Assembly (NCBI GenBank): GCA_951406725.2
Contig: OX597819.1
Coordinates: forward strand, 125,054,001-125,118,000
Source: Octopus vulgaris
Lineage: Eukaryota
DNA length: 64,000 nucleotides
Reading direction: 5' to 3'
This document shows, piece by piece, positions 51,225 through 63,434 of this stretch. The position numbers and the translations under genes were made by a program. Position 1 is the stretch's first letter. Every line of letters begins with the position of its first letter. A model generated the notes under the pieces. The model had not been told where the DNA came from, made no database searches, and worked only from the letters and a program-made list of their open reading frames with translations.

Positions 51225-52586
51225 GGGAACAGCTTTACTTTTATTCATGTTTCATTTAAGACATGAGTATGTTCCAGTTTCATCATTTTTATTAGAGATT
51301 TTTTTTCATATTCTGTATCAGTTTCTTGCAGTGAGTATGGTGCAATAAAATTCCTAAACCCCTATTCAACATTTCTAGACCAGTCTATAAGAAGTAACAC
51401 AAACACCAAATCTATTTCAATTCTTGAAAAAGAGACTGTGAAGGTCTAAGGATATTTGAGTATACAAAAATATGGAAAATCTGAAATAAAAAGGATACAA
51501 CTAGAATATAGCTATGTCTTTAATGAAACACACACTTGCACACACACACACACACACATATGTATGATGTATTAATGACTGGCTTATGGAATTGTAATTT
51601 CATTTCAACACTTTGGTTTTTATTCATTTTTTCCAGAGCCAAAGGGTTGAAACACAATTACAAACCTGTGAGTCCAATCACTAATAAACAACATATTTAA
51701 CTCTACTTTCTCAGATATTAAGTACTTTATTTAGACTGTGGAGATAGTTTCCATATGAAACAAAAAAAAACAAAACGTGTGTGTGTGTATGTGTGTGCGA
51801 GAGACAGACATAGATGTATGCTGTCAGATAAACTGACATATATAACTAGAAAGATAACAGAAACAGATTAATAAAGAGGAAACCAGATAGACAAACAGAA
51901 GGACAAAACAAGTGACTGACATTTCAAAGGGGTTTCTATCAGAGAGAGAAATCACTGGAGTGTAGTACAATTGTGGCAAATCTGAACTAAGAATACCCTC
52001 TTTTATTTACTGGAAGCCAGGGAGTGGTAGAGGAGGGGTTGAGAGGGGAAAACATGTAACTAACAGTTATAAATAAAATTCTTTTACATATACCACCAAA
52101 TATATGAAATTTGGAATCTACTGTTAGAATGACAAATATGTTGGTGTTTGTACTAATATTTTTTTGCATTCTTTTTCATATTTGTAAATGCTTTTTTTTT
52201 TTTTTTTTTTTGAAAAAAAAAAGAGGAAGAGAGAGAGAGAGAGGAATTGGAATAGAAGAAAGAGCTAAGGGGGAAAAGATAAAATATTGACAGACAAGAT
52301 CACAGAGCTAGAAAAGCCATCTCACTGAAGCAAACAGCTGTTGCCATCTTTTTCACATTAGATGTTTTTCATCGAAAGCTGATTGCAATATATTTCAGGA
52401 AGTTAGTTCCATTTCCTTGATATTTATTTTATATATTTCTATGTAAAACATATTTTTAGGACCAATCATCAGATATTAAGTCTGACCAAAAAAAAAAAAA
52501 AAGAAAGAAAAATAGTAAAATAAAAGAATATAAACAACAGCAAATAAATACCCACTGTAAACATACAAAAAAAAACCCCTTTTTAC

Positions 52587-52802
52587 CAGTGAACTATTTC
52601 TTCCCTTTCTCATATGTACTCAAGATTTGCCTTTTCTCGAGGGATGCCAATTAGTTTATTCTTCGTCTTCTTGATAAAAGCTATCTGATGAATATATCAG
52701 AAAGCATCTTCCATAAATCTGTATCATTTGTACAGTCTCAGTCAAGTTACTATCAAGCCAAAAGCTTTGAGATGAATTCAGAAACAACTTACAGAGGATA
52801 TC
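52587..52802 (-). pseudogene. Exon relic (216 bp), linker/pre-AAA1
   Basis: atgttttttag acceptor, TG|gtaaaa donor; phase-0 frame DILCKLFLNSSQSFW... with two stops. Confidence 0.5.
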
Positions 52803-52957
52803 CTAAAAAACATGTCATTATATTGCTATTTATTGAGATAATCTTACAGGTATATAAGTGCAAGGTGTGAATTTATACAGGTTGGTTTACACATACACAC
52901 ACATCACAATTTATGCAAGTGAAATGTAACTAACAGAAAGTGCTCAACAAATTTTTA

Positions 52958-53256
52958 CAGTAGTTGTGATCCCTGTACCAGTGGCACGTAAAAAGCACCA
53001 TCCAAACGTGGCTGATGCCAGCGCCGCCTTGACTGGCTTCCGATCGTGGTCGTTACCTCGCCTGGCACCTGTGCTGGTGGCATGTAAAAAGCACCCACTA
53101 CACTCACAGAGTGGTTGGCGTTAGGAAGGGCATCCAGCTGTAGAAACACTGCCAGATCAGACTGGAGCCTGGTGCAGCCTCCTGGCTTCCCAGATCCTGG
53201 TCGAACCGTCTAACCCATGCTAGCATGGAGAACGGACGTTAAATGATGATGATGAT
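52958..53256 (+). mobile_element. RTE 3'-end repeat
   Basis: Family sequence with GAT tail. Confidence 0.85.
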
Positions 53257-53269
53257 ATGTACAGCTATA

Positions 53270-53305
<36 letters not shown>

Positions 53306-53929
53306 CTAGAGTAAGCACAGAAATGTGAAACAAGATGGAAAAAAACAGTACTCAAATACCAGAGATAGAGTAATATGCTTTATTAATGAAATATGTATAT
53401 ATTAATAAAGAATATGTACATAATTGTTTTCTCACCTATAAGGCAAATCTTCAAAAATGACAGCTTATTGTATCTTGTAAACCTGCTCAATGAATTCTGT
53501 CCAACCCATGCAAGCATGAAAAAGTGGACATTAAAACGAGGATGAAGATGATGTGTGGATACCTGTGTCTGTCTGTATATGTATATATGGTCAGAAACAG
53601 CTGTTGGATTTGTAATACTTTTCTGCAGCTCCATTTCATTTGTATTCTATCCAAGTCAGACCTTTTTTTGTTTGTAAACAGAAATTCTTTGTCCCTTCCA
53701 TATATACATTTTTTGCATACATTTCTTGTATTTCAATGTATGAATATAGTAAAACCTCTTTATATAGTGATCTAACTTGCTTATACCTACATTTATTTCC
53801 TACGCATATGTAGATGAACAAATGAAAGGAGTTGTGAACATATTTAGTCAGAGTTACAAGCATTTAATAACAGGTTAACTCAACTCCACATTACTTAATA
53901 TTTCTTAGTTTTTAATATAACACATTATG

Positions 53930-54316
53930 GTATGGATACCATTAACCATCTTACAAACAATAACTCTGAGCACCTTTTCAAACTCCACCTGTCTAACACC
54001 CGTGGACATGTTTACAAAGTCAGAAAACAGCACAGCTCCCATGACTTTCGGAAACATTTTTTCACGCTAAGAGTTGCTGAAGCATGGAACAAACTGCCGG
54101 CATTAGTTGTTAGTTGTCGGAGCACTGCATCCTTCAAAACTTCCATGCTTCCTGAGATTTGCCAACACTACACCTGATTTTCTCCCCTCCATACGCACGC
54201 AAGTATGTATCTGACTCATACATTGTTCGCTTTCCAGACATTTGTACATTACTGCATATACTTTATATGCACTTTTGACAAGTTGTGGTGCACCTGAGCA
54301 CAATAATTTCATATTA
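53930..54316 (+). mobile_element. CR1-clade LINE 3' fragment
   Basis: Same family as 36724-37190. Confidence 0.9.
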
Positions 54317-54825
54317 TTTTTTATTTATATTAAAAACTTCACTGAGGTTTCTGAAGACTGCTTGAAATAGCAGCTAAATTACCTTAGGCCATACCCTATC
54401 ATCTTAAAACAGGAAAGAAGCATTGAACAGTGTAGACCTATACATGCAAAAAATTATGATATGTTAAGGCTGTAATGCCTTTCCTCATAGGTCTGCTTGA
54501 CCAAAGTTGGCATGTGGCTAAACAACTACTGTCACCTATCAATAAGTAAGATTATGCTATTGCTTGGCAGCTAAAAATAGCAAACAAATCTCTTTCAAAT
54601 CATACTCTGACATCTTAAACAAGGAAATGACCACTTATGTAATGTCTTACATATCACCCAAAATTTAGGATGGTTGTGGCTGGAGTGTCTTTGATCACAA
54701 GCCTGTTCTATAAGTGTCATCTTGGGGATGAACAAGAGGTATTGCTTTCCGTCATCTGATTGACTGTTGCTTGCATGGCATTTGTTCAAAGAACCTGATC
54801 TCTTCTTTACAAATTAGTAGCTGTG

Positions 54826-55360
54826 ATCATCATCATCATCATTTAACGTCCGTTTTCCATGCTAGCATGGGTTGGACGGTTCGACCAGGGTCTGGGAAGC
54901 CATGGAGGCTGCACCAGGCACTAGTCTGATCTGGCAGTGTTTCTACAGCTGGATGCCCTTCCTAATACCAACCACTCCATGAGTGTAGTGGATGTTTTTT
55001 ATGTGCCACCAGCACAGGGGCCAGAGGTGGCTGGCAAATGGCCACGATTAGTTGGTGCTTTTACATGTCACTGACATGTTTGCCAGACAGGTGGCACTGG
55101 CATCTGCCACATTCGGACGGTGCTTTTTACGTGTCACCGGCACAGGTGTCTTAACTACAATTTCCATTTGATTTTTATTTTGATGTTGGTGTTAACATAC
55201 TTGACTCAATAGGTCTCCTTGAGAACAGCAGGTCACTCTACGATCCAAGGTTAGCACAGCAGGCCATCCTGCGAGCCATGAACTCACTTCATTTGTTGGG
55301 TCTTCAAGTCACAGCATATCTCAGGGGTCTCGGTTTTCGTCATTTCCTCTGTGAGGCCCT
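54826..55360 (-). mobile_element. RTE LINE 3' end reaching the last ORF2 codons
   Basis: 5' part (GLTEEMT) matches 7440-7495; related partial copy at 56944-57203. Confidence 0.8.
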
Positions 55361-55504
55361 ACAGAAATTCTTTGTCCCTTCCATAAATATTTTATTAGAC
55401 TGTTGACTTACTAATTTATGAGTGAGTTGTATTAACAACTACCTGAGTATAAATGGATGTTTGCACAACACTTACTATTAGGAGTTTGGTGCCCTTGAAA
55501 TCTC

Positions 55505-56164
55505 TGTAGTGTAACTGATATCCCCATTGTTTGAGAGACATATTAGGAATAATCTCGTGTGAGATTACAACCATTTTTGGCTAGTTTGACCCTGTTGTGT
55601 CCACTGCTCTGATTGGTTGACAGTGGCGCAGTTTGTCTTTCGACTTATTTCGCGCCAGTGTGTAAGCCAACCAATCATGGCCTTTGGATAAGGTCTTGTG
55701 ACACTATGTTTCTGATCCTTCATTTGAGCCATCTAAACCCTATAAAAAGCTCAGCATTCACTATTCCTGGTCTTTGGCTCTAGACCTTCTAAGGTCTAGT
55801 CACTGACCAGTGAGCTTCTCAGCCGTGTTCCAGTTCCAGCAACTGACGACCAGCCAGCTAACCATGCTCCTGCTTCAGCCATGATGACGCTAATGTACAC
55901 CAGTGACAGATGGGACGTTCTCCATCTCCACCGCCGTCATCACCATTGTGGTCGTCTCCATCTCTCTACCTTCTCCGGTAGACAGAAAACCCATAAAGCA
56001 CCACAATAAGTATCTACCATATAGTGATGTTGATTTAGTCAACAAAATTTACTGTGCCCATGTAGTGTACCAATACAAGAAATCAAGTGTTGCTGCTGTT
56101 GTTATCACTTTATTAAAAACATAATCTTACTGCTTTTGCAGTTGACAAAAATTGTTGCATTACA
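55505..56164 (+). mobile_element. Probable solo LTR
   Basis: TGTAGTGTAAC..GTTGCATTACA termini, CCAAT motifs, TATAAAA at 55741, ATTAAA near the end; no clean TSD. Confidence 0.55.
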
Positions 56165-56182
56165 GAAATTTACCCTGAAATT

Positions 56183-56414
56183 TTAACCCTTTTGTTACCA
56201 ACTCGGCTGAAACCGGCTCTGGCTCTGTAATACAAATGTCTTGTTTCCATAAGTTCTGAATTAAAAATGTTCCACCAAACTTTAGTCACAATTTATTGTT
56301 CCTAACACTAGCTTAATGATAACTAAGTTATTTTACTAAATTCTTTGTTATATTTAAAATTTATTGAAAGAAACACTGAACATCTCAACAGAAATATGGT
56401 AACGAAAGGGTTAA
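56183..56414. mobile_element. piggyBac-type MITE family 1
   Basis: Same as 32424-32651, TTAA flanks. Confidence 0.85.
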
Positions 56415-57687
56415 AGCCTGTTTCGGGTTTACAAGGGGTTTTCATTAAAAAGTACCTTCCTTGTTGTCATTTCTATATTTCTCCACCGGATGACAATGAT
56501 GTTATTGATGGTGATAGTAATGAGATGATAATCCTCATTAGTCTAAAAAACAAAAGAGAAATATAGCAATTATACAAAATGAGGAAATTCTAGAGATGGA
56601 CATTTTCCTTTTTATAAAATGCTATTATCAAATCTAAACCTAAGCCACAATAAAACAAGTTTCTAAAAGGCAAGCTAAATAGAAGGAATAAAACTATAAT
56701 AGAATTTTCAATTGGATCATTTAGAATTTTTCTTTAAATTTTCCTATTTTTTATTTCCTTAAATGCATTTTTTTTTCATGAAAATACTCATATTCCCTAA
56801 TTTATTTATTTATTTCTTAAGGTGGAGAAAGTTAATGGTGATAGCAATGGAATATTTTAGCAAATAATGAATACATTTATATGTTGTTATTCTGTAATAT
56901 ATATTTCAATTATTTTACACCAAAATTAGAATGTGAAGTTATAATCATCATCATCATCATTTTTACGTGTCACCGACACGGATGCCAGTCAGGCGGCGCT
57001 GGCATCTGCCACGTTCGGACGGTGCTTTTTACGTGTCACCAGCACGGGTGTCTTAACTGCAATTTCCATTTGAATTTTTATTTTGATGTTGACGAACTTG
57101 ACTCAATAAGTCTCCTCAAGAACAGTGGATCACTCTACAATCCAAGGTTAGCACAGCAGGCCATCCTGCGAGCCATGAACTCACTTCATTTGTCGGGTCT
57201 TCGTAATTGTGAAAAAAACTTATTTACCACTCTGCCATACTTGTGTCCACATCTTTGCATACACGCACATCCGCACACTGAGAATTGTTCAGTTTTTCAT
57301 ATAAGCACATACATCTATTTACATCTACATTACAACCATTTACTCTCATTCATTATAACCATTTATTGATTTTTTTTCTCTTATCTTGCCATGCATTTGT
57401 CGTTTGCCACTGCTTCCTTCTTCCATTAGGCGAAATCTCCAAGAAAAGCTCTCTCTTTCAGAAAAGCTGTGTGTTGCTAATCTCAGGCTTTAATGAGATA
57501 TGATTGACTAACAAAAGGAGGCATTATGGAAAACCAGCTGACCAGCTGACCAAGCCTGCATGCACTTAGTTGAGTGTGAACTGTTAAATATTCAGTTTAG
57601 TTCCATGTCAATCAAGTAGAATGTTTAACATGTCTGAAAACAATCAACATATTTGGATAGCCTACCATCTGTCTATCTATCTATCTG

Positions 57688-57752
<65 letters not shown>

Positions 57753-57756
<4 letters not shown>

Positions 57757-57986
57757 TTCTTTACTACCCACAAGGGGCTAAACACAGAGGGGACAAACAA
57801 GGACAGACATAGGTATTAAGCCGATTACATTAACCCTAGTGCATAACTGGTACTTAATTTATCGAACCCGAAAGGATGAAAGGCAAAGTCGACCTTGGTG
57901 GAATTTGAACTCAAAACGTAACGACAGACAAAATACCGCTAAGCATTTAGCCTGGCATGCTAACGTTTCTGCCAGCTCACTGCCTT
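57753..57986 (-). mobile_element. SINE family B ending in (TAGA)n
   Basis: Reverse complement of family B next to an (ATCT)n tract. Confidence 0.85.
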
Positions 57987-58399
57987 CTATTTATCTATCC
58001 ATCCATCCATCAACTGATGTGTTGTGGCATTGGCTCCAAAGGCAATCGCTTTTTTCAACCTTATATTGCACACATTTTGTTTTAATTTTTGTACACAAGG
58101 TGTGTGAAGCAACCAACTTTCGTTTGAGTGTGTTTTCAAGGGAGGAATTGGCTCCTAGGGGCAGTTTCAATTCTATTTAAGTTTCAATTTTACTTCTCGA
58201 CTGTGGAAAATGTCGAGAAATTTCATAGTGGAACACTGGGTCAAATTTGTTCATGGACCAGCATTTTCTTGGCCTTGAAACACTAGGAGAGAAAAAAGAA
58301 TAACTCCTGCATGCACACACGCTCAAATACAACTACAGACATGAAAAAAAAAACAAATAAATCGAGACGTGAAAGTGAATGCTATCAATGTCATTTATA

Positions 58400-59392
58400 C
58401 TGCAACCACGTTCGTTAACAGCCCTGACACCACCACCACCACCACCAACAACAACAAAATCATCACAAAGCCATTCACTGTGACCTCCACCAAAGACAGT
58501 ACCACCAACACCAACACCACTACTATAACTAACACCTCTGCTACCAACACTCCCACCACCACCACCACCAAGGACAAAACAAATTTCGTGGAGGCGATGA
58601 AACAAAGAAGAACAATCATGAAATTCACTGCAAAAGAAATAAACAACACAAAGGCACTTTTTAGCAAAGAAGAAGACGATTTACATCTCCATATTCCAAA
58701 ACTTATGATAGAAAACACACACAAAAAATAATCATATATAAAATTATCAGTACGAAGACAAGACAACCGGAAAATGCACCACAACCAAAAATAGAAAAAT
58801 GCCTTCGCCCTGCACACAAAGAATACATCAATTGGTGGCATAAATTCAGCACAATTGATTTTCCAGTACCGCCTGACTGGCCCCTGTGCTGGTGGCATGT
58901 AAAAAGTACCCACTACACTCTTGGAGTGGTTGGCGTTAGGAAGGACATCCAGCTGTAGAAACTCTGCCAAATCAAGATTGGAGCCTGGTGCAGCCATCTG
59001 GTTTGCCAGCCCTCAGTCAAAATCGTCCAACCCATGCTAGCATGATGATGATGATGAACTTTCCACACAGACAAGTTGGTGATGATATCAACATACTTAG
59101 GCCAGAGAGTGACGAAAGTCACAATAAAAAATGTGCCACCAGAAGTAGAAACACAATGGCTAGTATCTGCTATCTGCTTTGAAATGGCAGAGACTAGCAT
59201 TCTGGAAATTGCTGTTTTAGAACAGCAAAACTGGGTCGGGAAGACAATTCAAATACTTATGCAAATTGATCAACTATCCATAGACAAGATACCCACTTCT
59301 ATAGAATTGACAGAAGGCTACAGACTGTATGTAGTGGTGAAGGGCAAGCGGCTATGCTGCTATCTGTGTGACAGTGAAGCACATTTAAAAAA
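58400..59392 (+). mobile_element. L1/Tx1-like ORF1 relic interrupted by an RTE 3'-end repeat
   Basis: RVTKVTIKNVPPEV..IPTSIELTEGYRLYVVVKG..CYLCDSEAHLKK (RRM-like plus truncated CCHC knuckle); Thr-rich N-terminal part. Confidence 0.65.
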
Positions 59393-59449
59393 GCCATCCA
59401 ACACATGCCAGCATGGAAAATGGATATTAAATGTTGATGATGATGATGA

Positions 59450-59808
59450 TCATCATCATCATCGTTTAATGTCAATTTTCCATGCTAGCATGGGTTGGAT
59501 GGATTGACCAGGGTCTGGGAAGCCCGGAGGCTGCGCCAGGCTCCAGTCTGATCTGGTAGTGTTTCTACAGCTGGATGCCCTTCCTAACGCCAACCACTCC
59601 GTGAGTGTAGTGGGTGCTTTTTATGTGCCAGGGGAGGCTGGCAACGGCCCCGATCAGTTGGTGCTTTTTACGTGCCACCGGCACGGAAGCCAGTCATGCT
59701 GGCGCTGGCATCAACCACGTACGGATGTTGCTTTTTACGTGCCACTGGCACAGGTGCCAGGGGAGGCTGGCAACGGCCACGATCGGTTGGTCGTTTTTAC
59801 GTGCCACA
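59450..59808 (-). mobile_element. RTE 3'-end repeat
   Basis: Family sequence; further copies near 3091, 4386, 10179, 13854, 17982, 18134, 45881 and 58863. Confidence 0.85.
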
Positions 59809-60768
59809 AGGGGATGATTGATATATATATATTACTTTTAGGCAAATGTTTACTGATAAGTTTTTTTTATAAACAATATTTAATAATTTTTTCAAAGTCT
59901 ATCACATATCATCCAAAAGCCTACACCCTTGAGTCATGAATTAGCTCTCATATCACTAATCTCAGATTACATAATCCATTCTGTCTTACGTTTCTAAGAT
60001 AGTAGGACGTGATCTGAAAGAGTATTCAAATGCTGTTTTTAGCAGATCAAGTGATTCTGTGGTGTTTCCCTCACTGGTTCATGCCTTTGTTTGTTTTCAG
60101 TTATGTCTTTTATCTTTTTCTGTTTTTAGTCTTCAAACTGCACCCATGCTGGAGCACTGCTTTGAAGGGTTTAGTCAAATAAATGAACATCAGTATTTGA
60201 ACACTTGGGGATGTAAACAAAGCAACAGCTGGTTGTTAAGTGGTGGATGAGAACAAACTCACACACACGTACCCACATATACACACACACACACACATGA
60301 GGGACTTCTTTCAGCTTCCTTCTACCAAATCCACTCACAAGACTTTGGTTAGCCTTGGGGCTGTATTAGAAGACACTTGCCCAAGGTGCCATACAGAGGG
60401 ACTAAACTCAAAAGCACATGGTTCGGAAGCAAAACCAGAAGATGTTTGCAAGAAAGAATAGATCCCCACTTAAATACTAATAGTTACTTTGTCAACCCCC
60501 CCCAACCCGATGAAAGACTGGTGGTGGTGCGACTCAAAACACCCCCCCGAGCCATCTCCATACCCTGTCTCCATCATTCCCACCATCTTACCACTCCTAC
60601 TACCTCCACCCACTCCAATCTCCACTACCCTCAAAAACTGCAAAATGTTGCAAAGTTAACTTGTGAAAGCAGATTACAAAATAATAAAAAAGGACATAAA
60701 AGTTGATTGAGTTTATTATTCTTATAACATATTGGGCTCAATTTTGATGTTTGTATTTATAGAGAACA

Positions 60769-61146
60769 CTAGCACTATGACCCGGCAACGGGTCATGCAT
60801 GCTAGTGCATGCATATACAGCTGTGTGCGTGCGCACATACAAGTGAGTACTGTCCAAATCTCCGACCAATCACATACAGCTAGCTGGCATTCAATTGGCG
60901 TATCAAGTTTCGGGCATTTTGATTGGGTTTTGGATAGAAAATTCACAAAAAAGTCACTTCTATTGATTTTTCAATGGCTTTGCTGGGTGACTGGGGAAAT
61001 GTAAGGATGTGCACGACCACCCTTGGACGGTTTTAAATGACCATAGAAAGTGCAAGCCCTCTAACTGAAATATTGTGGATTTGTATAAAGGATACACACA
61101 CACACACACACACACAGACATTTTGCCGTTTATATATATATAGAGA
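60769..61146 (-). mobile_element. Non-autonomous Helitron family 1
   Basis: Inverse of 20868-21232; CTAG end with hairpin; A|T insertion site. Confidence 0.85.
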
Positions 61147-61530
61147 TGATTTTACAGTTTATAAAGAAAGACAACATACAAACACACACACAAAAGTAGT
61201 TATGCAAACAATTCACATTTCTTATTTTTTAGTATATGTTTATTACCTGTGTTAACTAACAAAATATTATGGTTTTCGGCTCCAGTTTGCTTACAATAGA
61301 TTTTTGTAGTGGATAGCATTGTTGCAACTGTATTTTGTGTGTAGCTTTGATTTTTTTTTAACTTAAAGAAGAAAAAATCTCATATAAGTCTTCTAAGGTA
61401 GAAATTTTTATTGCTATATTTTAGTTTTTTTTTTTTATTTAATCTTTCCTTCTTACCCCCATTTTAAGTTATTGATTGATTAAGAAACTGAAACAGACAA
61501 ATAAATAAAAGATAAAATACAATATGAAAC

Positions 61531-61674
61531 CAGTCTTGCCATAAACGCTTCCTGGCATTAAAAGTTGAAAGCTGCTCATTGAAAACAGTTGATGTTTTAG
61601 ATTGAGGCAATCAATCTATTTTATATCATTTGTTCCTCTGAAGAAGTTTTCTCTTTTCTTTGGTCAAATATCAT
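61531..61674 (-). pseudogene. Exon relic (144 bp), linker region
   Basis: gttatttactcacag acceptor; KKRENFFR motif; weak donor. Confidence 0.4.
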
Positions 61675-61865
61675 CTGTGAGTAAATAACTTGCAAAATGG
61701 GTTTATAGATGGAATATGATTGGCTGAAAAAAATGAGATGAACAATTTTTTAAAAACTAATGATACATAGGTAAACAAATAAAATATCACTCACTGCACA
61801 CATAATTTGTTAAGACCGAAATATATGAAAAGAAAATCTTCCTGTTTCAGTTTGTTATACTGTTA

Positions 61866-62425
61866 TACTCTTTTAAATGTTTCAGTCATTTGACTGTGGC
61901 CATGCTGCAGCACCACCTTTAGTTGAGCAAATCGACACCAGGACTTATTCTTTGTATGCCTAGTACTTATGCTATCGGTCTCTTTTGTCGAACCGCTAAG
62001 TTGCGGGGACGTCAACACACCAACATTGGTTGTTAAGTACTTATTCTATCGGTCTCTTTTGCCGAACTGCTAAGTTGCGAGGACGTCAACCCACCAACAT
62101 TGGTTGTCAAGTACTTATTCTATCGGTCTCTTTTGCCGAACCGCTAAGTTGCAGGGACGTCAACACACCAACATTGGTTGTCAAGTGATGTCGGGGGGAA
62201 CAAACACAGACACACAAACATATACACACACACATGCATATATATATATATATATATATATATACGAAGGGCTTCTTTCAGTTTCCGTCTACCAAATTCA
62301 CTCACAAGGCTTTGGTCAGCCTGACGTTATAGAAGACACTTGCCCAAGGTGCCATGCAGTGGGACTGAACCCGGAACCATCTGGCTAGTAAACAAGCTAC
62401 TTACCACACAGCCACTCCTACGCCT
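61866..62425 (-). mobile_element. SINE family A with an internal ~74-bp triplication
   Basis: agtacttattctatcggtctcttttgccgaa..cattggttgt occurs three times; degraded copies also near 14486, 17083, 21360, 44520, 47903 and 60110. Confidence 0.9.
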
Positions 62426-62950
62426 GTTATATTATTTTTAGATTCAAAGATACCATTCCAATTGATATTAGCTTCAGTTATACTAGTTCATAGTATACCA
62501 AACACTGTAAGCTACTCAATATAACTTATTGACCTGGATTTTGAGACAAATCTAGTTTTACTCCATGTAAGGGTTTCTTTTTTTATTTTTTTTTATACTT
62601 TATCTCATGTTCTTTAAGAATATAAGGTTACTACCGTCTTTCTGTTTTTTTTTTTTAATCCTTGAACTGTTGCCAATCATAAACTTGACACTAGCTGTGC
62701 ATCCTATCCAACAATTTTTACAATACACACACACACACACACAGACACACACACACATGTGCGCAATATAAAACTAGCGTGTATATTTCCTTTGAGGATG
62801 TAGCTTTTGACACTGTTATAGTGTATGGGGTTGGGTCGGCTGGAGTGGCTTCCTATTGCATTTTTCAGGTATGCTTGAAGGTTAAGAAATTCTTTAAAGA
62901 GAAAGATATATAGGAATTGCTGTGTTTATGTTTCCAACCAGCATTAATGG

Positions 62951-62990
<40 letters not shown>

Positions 62991-63002
62991 ATATAGAAGG
63001 AG

Positions 63003-63047
63003 TTCTACAGGACTAGTACTGTTTCATTCAAGAGAAATCTTCAGGAA
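63003..63047 (-). ncRNA. Type I hammerhead ribozyme (left arm of fold-back)
   Basis: Reverse complement of the right-arm motif; stem I UUC/GAA. Confidence 0.65.
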
Positions 63048-63048
63048 T

Positions 63049-63095
63049 CTTCCTGAAGATTTCTCTTGAATGAAACAGTACTAGTCCTGTAGAAG
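63049..63095 (+). ncRNA. Type I hammerhead ribozyme (right arm of fold-back)
   Basis: CUUC-CUGAAGA-UUUC(UCUU)GAAU-GAA-ACAG(UACUAGUC)CUGU-A-GAAG; GUA triplet; U-U at base of stem II is non-canonical. Confidence 0.75.
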
Positions 63096-63180
63096 CTCCT
63101 TCTATATAATAAATTAATTTTACTCTGCTATGTATTGAGTACCTTACTTACTGTGGTTAACCCCGAATCAACCCGGGACC

Positions 63181-63219
<39 letters not shown>

Positions 63220-63239
63220 AACAATGGAACTAGTTTTAC

Positions 63240-63409
63240 CTAGGAGACAAAATTGAGCACATATCTTGTAACATATTACGGGTTGTTTGTAATCTGGATA
63301 TAATTGCTAAATATGGTGAGGTATGTTCTGTTAGCACTGTTGCTTAGAATATCTTCAGATTGGGGAAAATACTATTCATTTCTTCATTTGTGGTGCTGTT
63401 AATTATTTC
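63240..63409 (-). pseudogene. Exon relic
   Basis: AG|gtaaaa donor; 56-codon frame with a single TAA; acceptor weak. Confidence 0.4.
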
Positions 63410-63434
63410 CTGATATTCCACATATTAGAAACAT

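Larger units (their letters stand above)
62984..63183. mobile_element. Hammerhead-bearing fold-back element (Penelope pLTR-like) in (TA)n
   Basis: Arms about 62984-63047 and 63050-63114, 2-nt loop; AATAAA and tail to 63183; long (TA)n on both sides. Confidence 0.85.
2349..63409 (-). pseudogene. Degenerate multi-exon dynein heavy chain-like gene (motor domain), pseudogenised
   Basis: Exon-like minus-strand segments match dynein HC motifs in collinear order: 61.6k KKRENFFR (~KR..FPR); 52.1k FGGICKRILFIT (~YLG..RLVIT); 46.9k LRLVIVLNP*SNLIKKSLYKSNIF*FAKD (~[29 protein letters not shown]); 45.7k DYAIRIMK (~DYGMRAVK); 39.4k LLHFSNGVDVYL (~LLTLSNGERI.L); 25.8k FYINTHSF (~YVTP.SY); 22.7k FPPEALMTAAAAKIGNYKWI (~F.PE....S.A..GL..WV, MTBD); 13.4k LVFGDG..DFCDLY (~LGD..PDFRLY); 9.9k MHTDATWQP (~CHLA.SWMP). 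Many stops and frameshifts. Confidence 0.72.
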
